Sequence record: KR014248
DNA length: 64,000 bases
Source: Escherichia phage vB_EcoM_AYO145A
Direction: 5' to 3' (one strand)
Of this stretch, positions 9,312 to 19,072 are shown piece by piece. The notes under the pieces were generated by a model, which saw only the letters and a list, made by a program, of their open reading frames with translations, was not told the DNA's origin and searched no databases. The translations under genes and the position numbers were made by a program. Every line of letters begins with the position of its first letter. Within the stretch, counting starts at the first letter, position 1.

Positions 9312-9569
9312 ATGGCTATTATCAAAAACGTTGTAATTCCTGCAAAAACTCGTGATGACGCTCGCGTTATGGCTAAAAAGTTATGCGGGAAAGTGGTTGA
9401 CAACGGAAAAACATCTGCTGTAAGATGGGGTGTAAAGGCTGATAAACAACTAACCTTAAAACGCAGTTCAAACAACCTTTTTAAAGGTGTAAAATCACTC
9501 GGTAAAGTGAACGTCTTTACCAAAAAAGGCTATAAAATGCACTTATCATTAACTGGCAATTTAATCTGA
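9312..9569 (+). CDS. hypothetical small protein (cassette gene 2)
   Basis: 85-aa ORF with type B leader. Confidence 0.6.
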   Translation: MAIIKNVVIPAKTRDDARVMAKKLCGKVVDNGKTSAVRWGVKADKQLTLKRSSNNLFKGVKSLGKVNVFTKKGYKMHLSLTGNLI

Positions 9570-9657
9570 TAAAGTACTTTACAAGGGGCTTAAAAGTTGA
9601 TATCTTAAGCCCCAGATAAAGAGCTTTACCACTAAATCCTAAACTGGAGATTCAAAA

Positions 9658-10170
9658 ATGAAAACTGTAGATGCTACCTTTGAAGTTGTAAAAGAAAAAT
9701 TCACCATTATTTATGAAGCTGTCAATTGCTTTGAAGCAAGCCATAGCCTTGATAATTGGGAGTTTACAGATGACCATCAAGGCGGCGTGACGATTAAAAA
9801 TCCTAACTATCAGCGTAATGAATTTAAATATGCAATCCCTTTGCATTACAGCCTTAAACAGCTTTCAAGTGACTATGCAAAACAAGGCCGCGATAACCCA
9901 TCGAAAGAGGCTTACACGAGCTTACAGAAAGAACTAGAAAGAGATTTAGAGGCTTCAGAGTATAACCTTGCCGCGAAAGTTGTGGATGCAAACGGTAGCA
10001 CGGTTTTAGAAAGTTTTTATCTTGGTTATGCTTTCGATTGGTGCTATCGTGACGGCGATGATTTAGAGGATAGACTAAAAGAAGAGGTGAACAACGCAGA
10101 CGCAGAATCTGAAGTTTTAGAACGTTTGGAAGCATTAAAAGATTCAGTGATGAATATCTTTAAGAACTAA
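9658..10170 (+). CDS. hypothetical protein (cassette gene 3)
   Basis: 170-aa acidic ORF with type B leader. Confidence 0.6.
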   Translation: MKTVDATFEVVKEKFTIIYEAVNCFEASHSLDNWEFTDDHQGGVTIKNPNYQRNEFKYAIPLHYSLKQLSSDYAKQGRDNPSKEAYTSLQKELERDLEASEYNLAAKVVDANGSTVLESFYLGYAFDWCYRDGDDLEDRLKEEVNNADAESEVLERLEALKDSVMNIFKN

Positions 10171-10261
10171 ATAGATTTCTTTACACGGGGCTAACAAGCG
10201 GATATGATAGCCCCAGATAAAGAGATTTATCAAATTAACCCTTAAACTAGGAGATTCAAAA

Positions 10262-10558
10262 ATGAAATTATCAAATAAAGTTAGGGAAAACCTTAGCAAA
10301 TTACTCAACAAAATTGATTTTATAGAGACATCAAGGAATAGTCATGATGTTATGGAATGGTTACACGGCAAAATAAAAGGCCGTCGTGTAGTGATTTGCT
10401 TATGGAATAGTTGCAGGGAGTATAAAAAACCTGTATTGCAAGTCAATATCTATGATGATACTTTTAAAAGTCCTGTAAAGTCTAAAAGTGATTTATTAGA
10501 ATCCTATGAGATAACTGTAAATGGCAAAGTATCACGTAAAGAGGAAACACCATGTTAA
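10262..10558 (+). CDS. hypothetical small protein (cassette gene 4)
   Basis: 98-aa ORF with type B-like leader. Confidence 0.55.
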   Translation: MKLSNKVRENLSKLLNKIDFIETSRNSHDVMEWLHGKIKGRRVVICLWNSCREYKKPVLQVNIYDDTFKSPVKSKSDLLESYEITVNGKVSRKEETPC

Positions 10559-10884
10559 TGACTGGTATCACTGCAATCATTGCCATTTTCGCGCTATATA
10601 AGGCATATAAAGCCTATAATCTAGCAAACAAGGCAATCACACAGCAGGTTAGTAATAGCCTTGTAGAGAGCTTTCTAGGACGTTTAAGTGATGAGCAAAT
10701 AAAGCGGCTAGAGATGAGCTTCAGATATAAAGCGAAAACCTATCAGATAAGTGACATCTTCAAAGATAATTTTCAGCTTGTCGATGATTATAACTCTCTG
10801 ATAAATGCTTTAAATATCAGTGACTTAAAAGACTATTACGCTGTAATTGTCCAAGAATTGAACAAACGAAAAAATTTCTCTTGA
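10552..10884 (+). CDS. hypothetical membrane-associated protein
   Basis: 110-aa ORF, start overlaps upstream stop; N-terminal hydrophobic segment. Confidence 0.5.
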   Translation: MLMTGITAIIAIFALYKAYKAYNLANKAITQQVSNSLVESFLGRLSDEQIKRLEMSFRYKAKTYQISDIFKDNFQLVDDYNSLINALNISDLKDYYAVIVQELNKRKNFS

Positions 10885-10974
10885 TTTTGGTTTTTAAAAC
10901 AAGTAAATTACTAATCAACGGGGAGGGAATGACCTTCCCCACTAAGCAAAGTCCTTAAACTAGGAGATTCAAAA

Positions 10975-11247
10975 ATGTATACTACTAACAACGGTCGCAC
11001 CTTAAACGTAACCCTGCGCCACTATGTGAACGGTGTAATGCACTTCGAGGATTTACAAGCTGAACAACACATTCTGAATTGGCAACTTGCAGGACTGCAA
11101 AAAACTGCTACAGGATACGGGAAAAAGATTCCAACCAGTTGGAAAGTATACTACGAAGGCCGTTTGCGCAGAATTTATCAAGATGTATACAGCAACAGCG
11201 CAACAAGTTACATTATAGTAAAAGGCAAAAAACTGCATTTAATGTAA
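10975..11247 (+). CDS. hypothetical small protein (cassette gene 6)
   Basis: 90-aa ORF with type A leader. Confidence 0.6.
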   Translation: MYTTNNGRTLNVTLRHYVNGVMHFEDLQAEQHILNWQLAGLQKTATGYGKKIPTSWKVYYEGRLRRIYQDVYSNSATSYIIVKGKKLHLM

Positions 11248-11333
11248 AGTACTTTACAAGGGGCTTATAGTTCGATAAAGCAAGCCCCAGATAAAGAGCT
11301 TTACCACTAAACCCTAAATTGGAGAACTTAAAA

Positions 11334-11738
11334 ATGGCTATTAATAACCGTGAATTATCAATCTTAAAAGCACGTTTGACCGTCAATCGAATCAATGTTA
11401 TCACATCATCAGCACCGGACGAGACATTGCACAACATTATCGGAAAGATTCAAAGCGTTATTTTAGACGTTGAAAACGTAAAAAGCTCATTGGCTGACGT
11501 TGCAGCAGGTATCACACTAGATGGCGCACAATATGAAATGTGCGACATGTTAGGCAAATCAAAGGTAATGAATAAAGAGCTTGATTTAAAGATGTTCCGA
11601 TTTGCTGTTAAAGTATGGCTATCCGTTGAGTATGACGCTAATTTTGCAATCGCTGATTTCTTTGCCACTTGGTTACAACGTAATTTGACAAATCACGATT
11701 TTCGTGGTATCTGCGATGCAATTTATGCAGAACTTTAA
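11334..11738 (+). CDS. hypothetical protein (cassette gene 7)
   Basis: type B leader then GGAG-N9-ATG at 11334; the ORF-track start 11319 is a TTG inside the RBS. Confidence 0.55.
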   Translation: MAINNRELSILKARLTVNRINVITSSAPDETLHNIIGKIQSVILDVENVKSSLADVAAGITLDGAQYEMCDMLGKSKVMNKELDLKMFRFAVKVWLSVEYDANFAIADFFATWLQRNLTNHDFRGICDAIYAEL

Positions 11739-11838
11739 AAATTTTTGTTGACACTGGTTTTTAGATAGGCTAAATTGCACATCAACGGGGAGGGAATGAC
11801 CTTCCCACTAAATAAAGTCCTAAACTGGAGATTCTAAA

Positions 11839-12042
11839 ATGGCTATTATTAACGGCTTAACCATTGAAACTACACACATCAAAGATATCAAAGTTGGTGA
11901 TATAGTCCTTTCCCACGGCGTAGAAAAAACTGTCACTGCAAAGGATATCAAAGAGGATTCTTTCATGGGTAGGACTCTTTTCGGTGATTCTTATTGCTTA
12001 GGTTACCTTGCAGTGTTAAAAGTTGTCAAAAATAACAAATAA
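11839..12042 (+). CDS. hypothetical small protein (cassette gene 8)
   Basis: 67-aa ORF; type A leader preceded by TTGACA promoter-like box. Confidence 0.55.
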   Translation: MAIINGLTIETTHIKDIKVGDIVLSHGVEKTVTAKDIKEDSFMGRTLFGDSYCLGYLAVLKVVKNNK

Positions 12043-12127
12043 AGTACTTTACAAGGGGCTTATAGTTCGATAAAGTAAGCCCCAGATAAAGAGCTTTACC
12101 ACTAAATCCTAAACTGGAGATTCAAAA

Positions 12128-12691
12128 ATGAAATGCTATCACGGTACTACCATCAAAAACTTTGTAAACCTGCTGAATGGTGGCGACAAGCCGGAAGGAA
12201 TCTGGAACTGCTCCTACATGGACGATTGTTTTTACGTTTACCCAATGAGCAAGATTATCAAAACGGAATGTCTGGAAGATGAGGAAGATTCTTACATTCG
12301 TGAACGCTGCATTCAAAACGCCTTAGAGTCTGGACTTATTACGGCAGCTTTCCAAATGGAAACGCAGGACGTAATTGTCATTGAAATGGATATCCCAGAG
12401 GAAGAACTAGAGGACGATTATTCTTGCGACAACATGAGCGATATCGCCAGCTTTACCGGATACTTTGATAAAGATTGGATTATCGGCATTCACTCCGCGA
12501 AATTTAGTGCGATGTATGCACCTTTCTTTTTACCTGATACAACTAACCGCAATTTAGGCTATGTTGACGATGATTTGTTAAGTCTGGCGAAAATTGTACA
12601 GAATAGCGGTGATAGTTCCGTGTTTTGTGACTTGCTGGATAAAATCACGGCAAACATCACAGAACGCAATTTAAAAGACTTTTTAGGTTAA
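12128..12691 (+). CDS. hypothetical protein (cassette gene 9)
   Basis: 187-aa acidic ORF with type B leader. Confidence 0.6.
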   Translation: MKCYHGTTIKNFVNLLNGGDKPEGIWNCSYMDDCFYVYPMSKIIKTECLEDEEDSYIRERCIQNALESGLITAAFQMETQDVIVIEMDIPEEELEDDYSCDNMSDIASFTGYFDKDWIIGIHSAKFSAMYAPFFLPDTTNRNLGYVDDDLLSLAKIVQNSGDSSVFCDLLDKITANITERNLKDFLG

Positions 12692-12754
12692 TCAGTACAA
12701 AGACACCAACTTCCAACTTAAGGCCCATACAGGGCCATTTAAAGGGCTTAAATC

Positions 12755-12988
12755 ATGCTTACAACCGTTTATCTTATCCTTTCTATTTGTAACGGTCATT
12801 CATGCGATTTTAAAGGGCTTGAGGAGTTTACAGGGAGTAAAGAAAATGCTGTTCAAGTGTGCCAGATAGCAAGGCAAGACTATCCCGCCAGTGATGATAT
12901 ACAATGTTACTTTAAGACAGAAGATGAAGACGGCATCTATTTTGACAGCGTAGATGGTCAGTATGAAATTATCATTGAAAAAGACTAG
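12755..12988 (+). CDS. hypothetical small protein
   Basis: 77-aa ORF; different leader (GGCCCatacaGGGCC hairpin). Confidence 0.5.
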   Translation: MLTTVYLILSICNGHSCDFKGLEEFTGSKENAVQVCQIARQDYPASDDIQCYFKTEDEDGIYFDSVDGQYEIIIEKD

Positions 12989-13078
12989 ACAAGCCTGATA
13001 AAAATCTGTAAATTGTCAATCAACGGGGAGGGAATAACCTTCCCCACTAAATAAAGTCCTAAACTGGAGAATCTAAAA

Positions 13079-13420
13079 ATGGCTTATGTAACCGTAATTA
13101 CCGATAAAGCTGGCGCATCTTGGTCAACTCAGGTCAGTGATAAGATGTCACCCATGCAGTGCCTAAAATACTTTGAACAGTGGAATAAAGGCGAGGACAC
13201 AAGCCCCTTTCAAGTGATGCAGATTATCCATGTAGACAACGAAGGGAATAAAACGACGCTGAATAGTGAGTACTATGCAAGCCGTTTTGAAACGAGAAGT
13301 AAAACAATGAAACTTTTACGTGAATCCGGTTATGTCCATATCGCCGCGTTAATCTGGGATGACCTGCTAAAAAGTCAGCGTATCAGCTATGTAAAACCTG
13401 AAAAAATATTCATCAGTTAA
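13079..13420 (+). CDS. hypothetical protein (cassette gene 11)
   Basis: 113-aa ORF with type A leader. Confidence 0.6.
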   Translation: MAYVTVITDKAGASWSTQVSDKMSPMQCLKYFEQWNKGEDTSPFQVMQIIHVDNEGNKTTLNSEYYASRFETRSKTMKLLRESGYVHIAALIWDDLLKSQRISYVKPEKIFIS

Positions 13421-13639
13421 TCAATAACTTACAAAAAACTTTCAAAAAAGTATTGACAACGCCCCTTGACATTGGTAACTTTGTTCGAGGGGGTTTATCT
13501 AAAAGGGATTAACTTAAAAGATTCTTTATAGATAAGCTTAAAAAATTGCTTGCAATCAGCTAACAAAACAAGTAAATTACTAATCAACGGGAGGGATAAC
13601 CTCCCCACTAAGTAAAGTCCTTAAACTAGGAGATTCAAA

Positions 13640-14170
13640 ATGAACAAGTTCAAAGCTATCAACTTCATTCGTTCAAATGCTGTAATGTCAAAGCCTGTTA
13701 AAGATACCTATGAATTTCGTTGCAATGGTGTACACTTTGCAACCATCACTAAATCAGAAAACGGGGCTTATTACGTCCATCGTCGTAATGTTTCTACTGT
13801 TGTAGTTTCTCATTTTATGCAAGCTGTCGCGGAACTTCTCCCGATGTTTTTAGGTCTTTACTTAGATGAGTGTAAAAACGTTCACAACCACGTTAAAAAC
13901 CTTTTAAACGGTTATAAAATGGCTTATGAACGTTCTATCAAGTCACTAAACAAGTTTTACAACGCACCTAAAAATACTGTATCAATAGCCTATGCTGCAA
14001 ATGGTGAGATGGTAAACTTATCCAATGTGGAAGAAATCAAGCTGCATGATTTACGCCCTAGTGGTTACTCTAAGACTCTCGGTGAAGGTTTAACGTTCAA
14101 TATCAAGAACTTAGAAAAAACTTTAAAAGATATTGAAAAAGATATTGACGAGACAATCAAAAGTCTGTAA
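13640..14170 (+). CDS. hypothetical protein (cassette gene 12)
   Basis: 176-aa ORF; type A-variant leader; upstream TTGACA boxes. Confidence 0.6.
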   Translation: MNKFKAINFIRSNAVMSKPVKDTYEFRCNGVHFATITKSENGAYYVHRRNVSTVVVSHFMQAVAELLPMFLGLYLDECKNVHNHVKNLLNGYKMAYERSIKSLNKFYNAPKNTVSIAYAANGEMVNLSNVEEIKLHDLRPSGYSKTLGEGLTFNIKNLEKTLKDIEKDIDETIKSL

Positions 14171-14236
14171 ATTGTCAATCAACGGGGAGGGAATAACCTT
14201 CCCCACTAAATAAAGTCCTAAACTGGAGTTATCAAG

Positions 14237-14500
14237 ATGGAAAACGTAGAATTAACCACACTTTTACAAATCGCAACCGACAAAGAAAACGTAGCATTAT
14301 TACACCGCATTGAAAGCGATTTGTTCAATGGTGAAATCATCAAAGAGTCTTATGAAGTTGTAGGATTCAAAGACGGTAAAGCGTTTGGATTCTTTGACCT
14401 CGAAAAAGGCAACGCTGTTACAAATTACGATGTTTTATCTTGTGAGATTCTTACAAAATACAACGAAAAAAGGCTTGCAACATACGCCAACATGCAGTAA
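14237..14500 (+). CDS. hypothetical small protein (cassette gene 13)
   Basis: 87-aa ORF with type A leader. Confidence 0.6.
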   Translation: MENVELTTLLQIATDKENVALLHRIESDLFNGEIIKESYEVVGFKDGKAFGFFDLEKGNAVTNYDVLSCEILTKYNEKRLATYANMQ

Positions 14501-14565
14501 ATTACTCATCAACGGGAGGGATAACCTCCCCACTAAGTAAAGTCCTTAAACTAGGAGATTCAAAA

Positions 14566-14814
14566 ATGGCAACTATCCGCGCAATTGTAAATTCTTATGG
14601 CTGCTACACTCTGGACGTTAAATTTGATATCGGTGGAACTGATGAATGTTTTTCATTAGTGAAGACAGTTATCAAACAAGTTATCCCAGATTATAACCCT
14701 ACTGATGACTTCTGGAAAGATGCAGTAAAAGAGGCGTTGAACGATGAATATCATTACCATTATTGGGGTGATTTGATTGTCTCCCTGTACTACAATAAAC
14801 AAGGTTACAACTAA
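14566..14814 (+). CDS. hypothetical small protein (cassette gene 14)
   Basis: 82-aa ORF with type A-variant leader. Confidence 0.6.
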   Translation: MATIRAIVNSYGCYTLDVKFDIGGTDECFSLVKTVIKQVIPDYNPTDDFWKDAVKEALNDEYHYHYWGDLIVSLYYNKQGYN

Positions 14815-14852
14815 TCGACGCAACGGGGCTAAATAGCCCCAGATACCTTTAT

Positions 14853-14879
14853 AGCCCCTTTCTCATAGGGGCTTTTTTA
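14853..14879 (+). terminator. rho-independent terminator closing the small-gene array
   Basis: AGCCCCtttctcatAGGGGCT followed by TTTTTT. Confidence 0.7.
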
Positions 14880-14880
14880 C

Positions 14881-16470
14881 GTCTATCCAATCCTTATACA
14901 ATCCCTTTCCCTTTCCTTTCCAGAATCTTATCAGACCTTAAAAGCAATAACTCTATAGTCCACTCTATAACCTTTTATCAAATCAACTTAAATATAAGCC
15001 CATAACCCGAAAGGGAAGGGCAACCATTTAAACGCTCTATAAAGCTCTATAACAGCCTTATCAACCTAACTTAAGGGATTGCATTAACTCACCCTAAAAA
15101 GCTCTTTATAAAGCTTCCTAGAGCCTTAAAAGAATCTTATAAGGGTGTAAGCTTTATCATCTCGTTAGTTCCTTGTGAACTACTAAAAAGGGCTTGTTAG
15201 TGTCTTAAAAGTATGTTATAGGGGCTATAAAGTTACTTCAAAGTTACGTAAAAGAGGCTATAAAGTTACGTAAATGCTAGCCCCCTTAACATTCTCTTAA
15301 CAAATTCTTAACAATCCCTACATAGTTATGCTTGCTAGAGACTTGTTAGCCCCTTGTTAAATCTCTGTTAAAACCACGTAAAAGCCTTGTAAGAGTCTTT
15401 GACATAGCCTTTAAAGCTCCTGTAAAGCCCTATAAAAAGGTATCTGTACAGTTGGGGTGTAATTACTAGGAAGAGGTTTAAGAGAGCTTACAAAGAGCTA
15501 TAGAGAGCTTTTAAGAGGTATGTTTAGAGAATCACTAAGAAAGAGAGGGAACGATAAGAAAGAGATAGTGACCATGTTAATAGCTTGTTAAAAAGATTAA
15601 ATACTTGTTAGAAACTTGTTAATTATCTTAACAAAATAACTCTTAAAAATTAACTTGTTAGCTCTTGTTAGTCATCTGTTAAGCCTCTGTAAAGACTATG
15701 TATTGACTGTTAAGAACTTGTTACAGCCTTGTTAGTTCTGTTAAGAATCTGTTAAGACCTCTGAAGAGATGTTAAGAGCTTGAGAGAGTTGTTAAGAGAT
15801 TGTTAAGGATATTTTAAAATTCTGCAAAGGGGGTGTTACAGGGATGTTAAGGGCTACCAAGCAGATATACATCTTCTACAGATATTTTTGAGTTCCTTCA
15901 AAGACCCTAAAAAATGACTTGATAGTCCTATTTTATAAAAATTTTAAAATTCTGAATAATTACCTATACAGTCTTTTAAAAATACAGGTAGAAACAGGCT
16001 TATAAGATACCTTGTTAGTACCGTGTTAGACCTTGTGAGATAAGGTCTGTAAAGATATTCCTGTTAAGTTTGTTAAAACAGTCTATATAGAGGCTTAGTA
16101 ATACCTAGTGAACACCTATAGAGAGTGTCATAGCTGACATAGAGATTAAGAGGTGTATAGGAGCTTCTAAGAGGGTGTAGAGGAATGGTTAAGGTGATTG
16201 TATAGGTTGTTAAGAGGGCTTGTTAGAAGAGTGTTTAGAAGGGTTATACAGAGGGGCTATTAAGACCACTAGATAGTTACTAAGATACTATATAGTACTA
16301 TATAACTATATAGAGAGTAAGATTAAGAAGGTTGTTAAGAAGGATAGATATTTTGTTCACATATGATGGTGACCCAGAGGTTGGGACAACCGATGAAATT
16401 TTATAAAAAATATAAATTTCGTAAATTTTACTCAATAAAAAGCCCCCAATTAAGGAGGCTCTTAAGATAT
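14881..16470. repeat. 1.6-kb non-coding region with about 30 short YTTGTTAR / GTTAAGAG repeats and AT-rich tracts
   Basis: no ORF of 60 aa or more on either strand; many CTTGTTAG/CTGTTAAG/GTTAAGAG copies; duplicated CTATAAAGTTACGTAAA; AT-rich blocks near 15900 and 16400. Confidence 0.7.
16436..16466 (-). terminator. rho-independent terminator (minus strand)
   Basis: reverse complement reads AGCCTCCttaattGGGGGCT followed by TTTTTATT, just downstream of the 16472 gene end. Confidence 0.5.
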
Positions 16471-16471
16471 T

Positions 16472-17095
16472 TTAAACCAGTGTTTCCAGAACTGTTTTTA
16501 ATGATGACTTAGTTGTCTGATAAAAATGAGTAAATCCATTGTTGTTATCGAATATCTGCATCATAACAGCATCTCCCTTGATTGGATACACTCGGATATC
16601 ATAGTGAAAACCATTAAAGACACAAGAGCCATTACAGAATGCACTAAAGTCATCCACTGAGATATACTCTTCATGCCCTGTGATTTTTATACAAACACCT
16701 TTACTCAGTCTCTTAGGGTTGATATCTTCCATCACAGACATACTCTGTCCACCAAGAGATACCATAGTGACCACTTTACGGTTCTTCTGTTTAAAGTACA
16801 TCTTAACTTTCTGTAAAGTATCTTCATAGAACGGATAAGACTTCTCTACAAAGATTCCTTCAAGTGGCTCTTTACCATTTTCAACTTCTCTGTTATGCCG
16901 TACTGCAAAGATAATTTGTTCGAACCAGTCAAGATTTTCTTCGGAGAGTGCTTCCCGAATATCACCCCAGTCAAGTACTAAGTAGTTACCTTCAACTTCT
17001 TTTAAGTTATCTTTTTCCATAGCTATCACACCATTATCGTAAAACTTGATATTCTGGTACTGCGAATTTATTACTATTGTTCTTGATGAGGTCAT
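16472..17095 (-). CDS. hypothetical protein
   Basis: 207-aa ORF; overlaps upstream gene by about 60 nt, so the true start may be internal. Confidence 0.5.
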   Translation of the reverse strand: MTSSRTIVINSQYQNIKFYDNGVIAMEKDNLKEVEGNYLVLDWGDIREALSEENLDWFEQIIFAVRHNREVENGKEPLEGIFVEKSYPFYEDTLQKVKMYFKQKNRKVVTMVSLGGQSMSVMEDINPKRLSKGVCIKITGHEEYISVDDFSAFCNGSCVFNGFHYDIRVYPIKGDAVMMQIFDNNNGFTHFYQTTKSSLKTVLETLV

Positions 17096-17498
17096 CCTCT
17101 GAAACTAAAAATGTAATACCACATAAGTGTCTGTAACGACTATCATACTCGAATATCTTAAACAGATATTTACCATCATGATAAACCTGTTGCACTTCAC
17201 CTTCTGCAACAATCTCGCCTGTAATAAAATTTTTTAGTTTATACACATTACCAACTTTAGGTACTGTTTTCATCTCAGGCTCTTTTAGTGCTACACCTAT
17301 TTTTGCATCACCGAGTAAATGAGAACTCTCAAAAGCTACGTGTTTCATATAAGCTTCTGAGCATTCCCAGATAAAACAATGTACAAGAACCTTAGCAGCA
17401 TGTCTTGAACAGTTCAACTTATCACAAATTTCTGTGTACATCTCATCTTTAGTAGAATTGTCAAGCATTGCTCTTTGCACTACTTCTTTAATTTTCAT
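17034..17498 (-). CDS. hypothetical protein
   Basis: 154-aa ORF. Confidence 0.5.
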   Translation of the reverse strand: MKIKEVVQRAMLDNSTKDEMYTEICDKLNCSRHAAKVLVHCFIWECSEAYMKHVAFESSHLLGDAKIGVALKEPEMKTVPKVGNVYKLKNFITGEIVAEGEVQQVYHDGKYLFKIFEYDSRYRHLCGITFLVSEDDLIKNNSNKFAVPEYQVLR

Positions 17499-17916
17499 AA
17501 GCTCTCCGAATAACCCTATTAAGCATCTCTAAAGTCAGCTTTCCAGATTCTAAATGTGGCATGATGAGTTTTAAAGCTTTTTCAACATCATTCACAACAT
17601 CTATTATACCTTCTGCATAGGCTTCTACAAGGATATCTTTTACGTTTTGTTGGTTACCTTTTTGTGGTATCACTAGACGCATATCAAAATCATTTGCTTG
17701 AGGATGGTCACTGCCACGCCAATAACCCTCTTTGTTAAAGCTGATGTAGTTACCGTGGTAAAAGTGTATACCATTAACTTTAAACTTTTCCAGTACAAGG
17801 CATTGAATGGGGTATTCAGTATCCCAATCCCTGACTCCTAGAGCCTTCACTGTTGCGATATACTTCTGTGTTTTTGCATCTATGATGTCAAGTTCTTGAC
17901 CAGCAATGATTTGCAT
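17488..17916 (-). CDS. hypothetical protein
   Basis: 142-aa ORF. Confidence 0.5.
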   Translation of the reverse strand: MQIIAGQELDIIDAKTQKYIATVKALGVRDWDTEYPIQCLVLEKFKVNGIHFYHGNYISFNKEGYWRGSDHPQANDFDMRLVIPQKGNQQNVKDILVEAYAEGIIDVVNDVEKALKLIMPHLESGKLTLEMLNRVIRRAYEN

Positions 17917-17969
17917 ACTCGCTACCTTCTAAGTTTCTACAAAGGGGCTATCAAGTAACCCCTAAGTTA

Positions 17970-18194
17970 TTACTCAGACTTTTCAGTCTTCTTATCGGAT
18001 TTCTTACTAGTCTTCTTCTCAGCTTTCTGCTCAGGTTCCTTCTCAGAAGTTGCCTTGATAACCATATCAAGAAGTTCTGACAAGTCACTCTTCAGCAAAG
18101 TAACAGGCTGCTCGTTGTAGAAGTTTTTGTCAAGATAAACTTTGAACTCTTCAATAGATGGAAATCCAAAAATTGGTACAGGTGTCTTAATCAT
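17970..18194 (-). CDS. hypothetical small protein
   Basis: 74-aa ORF, lysine-rich C-terminus. Confidence 0.4.
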   Translation of the reverse strand: MIKTPVPIFGFPSIEEFKVYLDKNFYNEQPVTLLKSDLSELLDMVIKATSEKEPEQKAEKKTSKKSDKKTEKSE

Positions 18195-18270
18195 TACTTA
18201 GTTTCTCCATAGGCATCTTTTAAGATTGCCTTGTTAATCATTTCAGCGATTGCAAAACGAACACATACAG

Positions 18271-18804
18271 CTATAATTGTAGGTTGCATTCTTTACTTAC
18301 CTCTTCAAGTTTAACCTCAGAGTCCTTGAGTCGTTTCTTATGAACTCTGAATCTTAGTAGTGAGATGATGATACCAGCTAAAGGAACAGCATACAAGTAC
18401 CAGATATCATGCACCTTTGCAGTAATCTGTGTAATGGTCAAATCTTGAGCTATGCAGCTAATTGCTGATACTGTCAGTAACATTGCTAAGAAGAACGCCA
18501 GTACCATAACAATACTCAGGCAGCCTCTGGCATGGTGTTCATGCTTAATGCACTTATTCTTTTCGTCAACAACCCTGTTGTAGTCATTTGTAAAGTCTCT
18601 GTAGAAAGCTTTTAAGTATTCTTTATTGTAGCCTTCAAAGCAACCTGTACCGTACCAATAATCACCACCAAAATGAGCTATAATACCGGTATCTCCATTT
18701 GGTTTCGTCACTCTTAAAGAAGTGTGATGGCGAGTATCCTGAAAATCTATCTTGTATCTTTCTTCGTAAATCATTTCCCAACCCCTCTCAATCTTTTGTT
18801 CCAC
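18271..18804 (-). CDS. hypothetical membrane protein
   Basis: 177-aa ORF with two hydrophobic segments. Confidence 0.5.
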   Translation of the reverse strand: MEQKIERGWEMIYEERYKIDFQDTRHHTSLRVTKPNGDTGIIAHFGGDYWYGTGCFEGYNKEYLKAFYRDFTNDYNRVVDEKNKCIKHEHHARGCLSIVMVLAFFLAMLLTVSAISCIAQDLTITQITAKVHDIWYLYAVPLAGIIISLLRFRVHKKRLKDSEVKLEEVSKECNLQL

Positions 18805-19004
18805 TCAAGGTCAACAAGTCTTTGCAGGACTTTCCCTCTAGGTGTTACACCTTTTAAATCTGCATCATAGCAACGGTAAAAGTCACCTTCAGCGTGTTTA
18901 CCATAGCATTTTCTGATATTCTGGCTCCTACGATACTGTTCTAACAGGGACAGCTTGTAGTAGTCTTCAACTGTAGTTAGCTTTTTCATTCTTTTACCAC
19001 GCAT
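18771..19004 (-). CDS. hypothetical small protein
   Basis: 77-aa basic ORF. Confidence 0.4.
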   Translation of the reverse strand: MRGKRMKKLTTVEDYYKLSLLEQYRRSQNIRKCYGKHAEGDFYRCYDADLKGVTPRGKVLQRLVDLEWNKRLRGVGK

Positions 19005-19072
19005 CTTCTTAATAAACTAAAAAGGGAACTACCTCTCGATAGCTCCCATCATAGTTAACATTGTATATTCGG

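Larger units (their letters stand above)
8786..14565 (+). repeat. array of conserved leader cassettes (stem-loop + spacer + CTGGAGATTCAAAAATG)
   Basis: about 12 copies of two leader types: type A CAACGGGGAGGGAATGACCTTCCCC... and type B CTTTACAAGGGGCTTATAGTTCGATAAAGTAAGCCCC...; each ends in GGAG-N9-ATG. Confidence 0.8.

Noticed and set aside
8786-14565. Regularly repeated 60-90 bp elements considered as a CRISPR array
   Set aside because: The intervening segments are 200-560 bp protein-coding ORFs with RBS and start codons directly after each repeat; the repeats fall into two sequence types and no cas genes are present.
14826-14841. GGGGC...GCCCC hairpins lacking a U-tract (also near 2303, 9238, 23113, 27081, 52225) considered as intrinsic terminators
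   Set aside because: Most are not followed by a T-run and several sit inside promoter spacers or leaders; only hairpins with a clear T-run were called terminators. Their function remains open.
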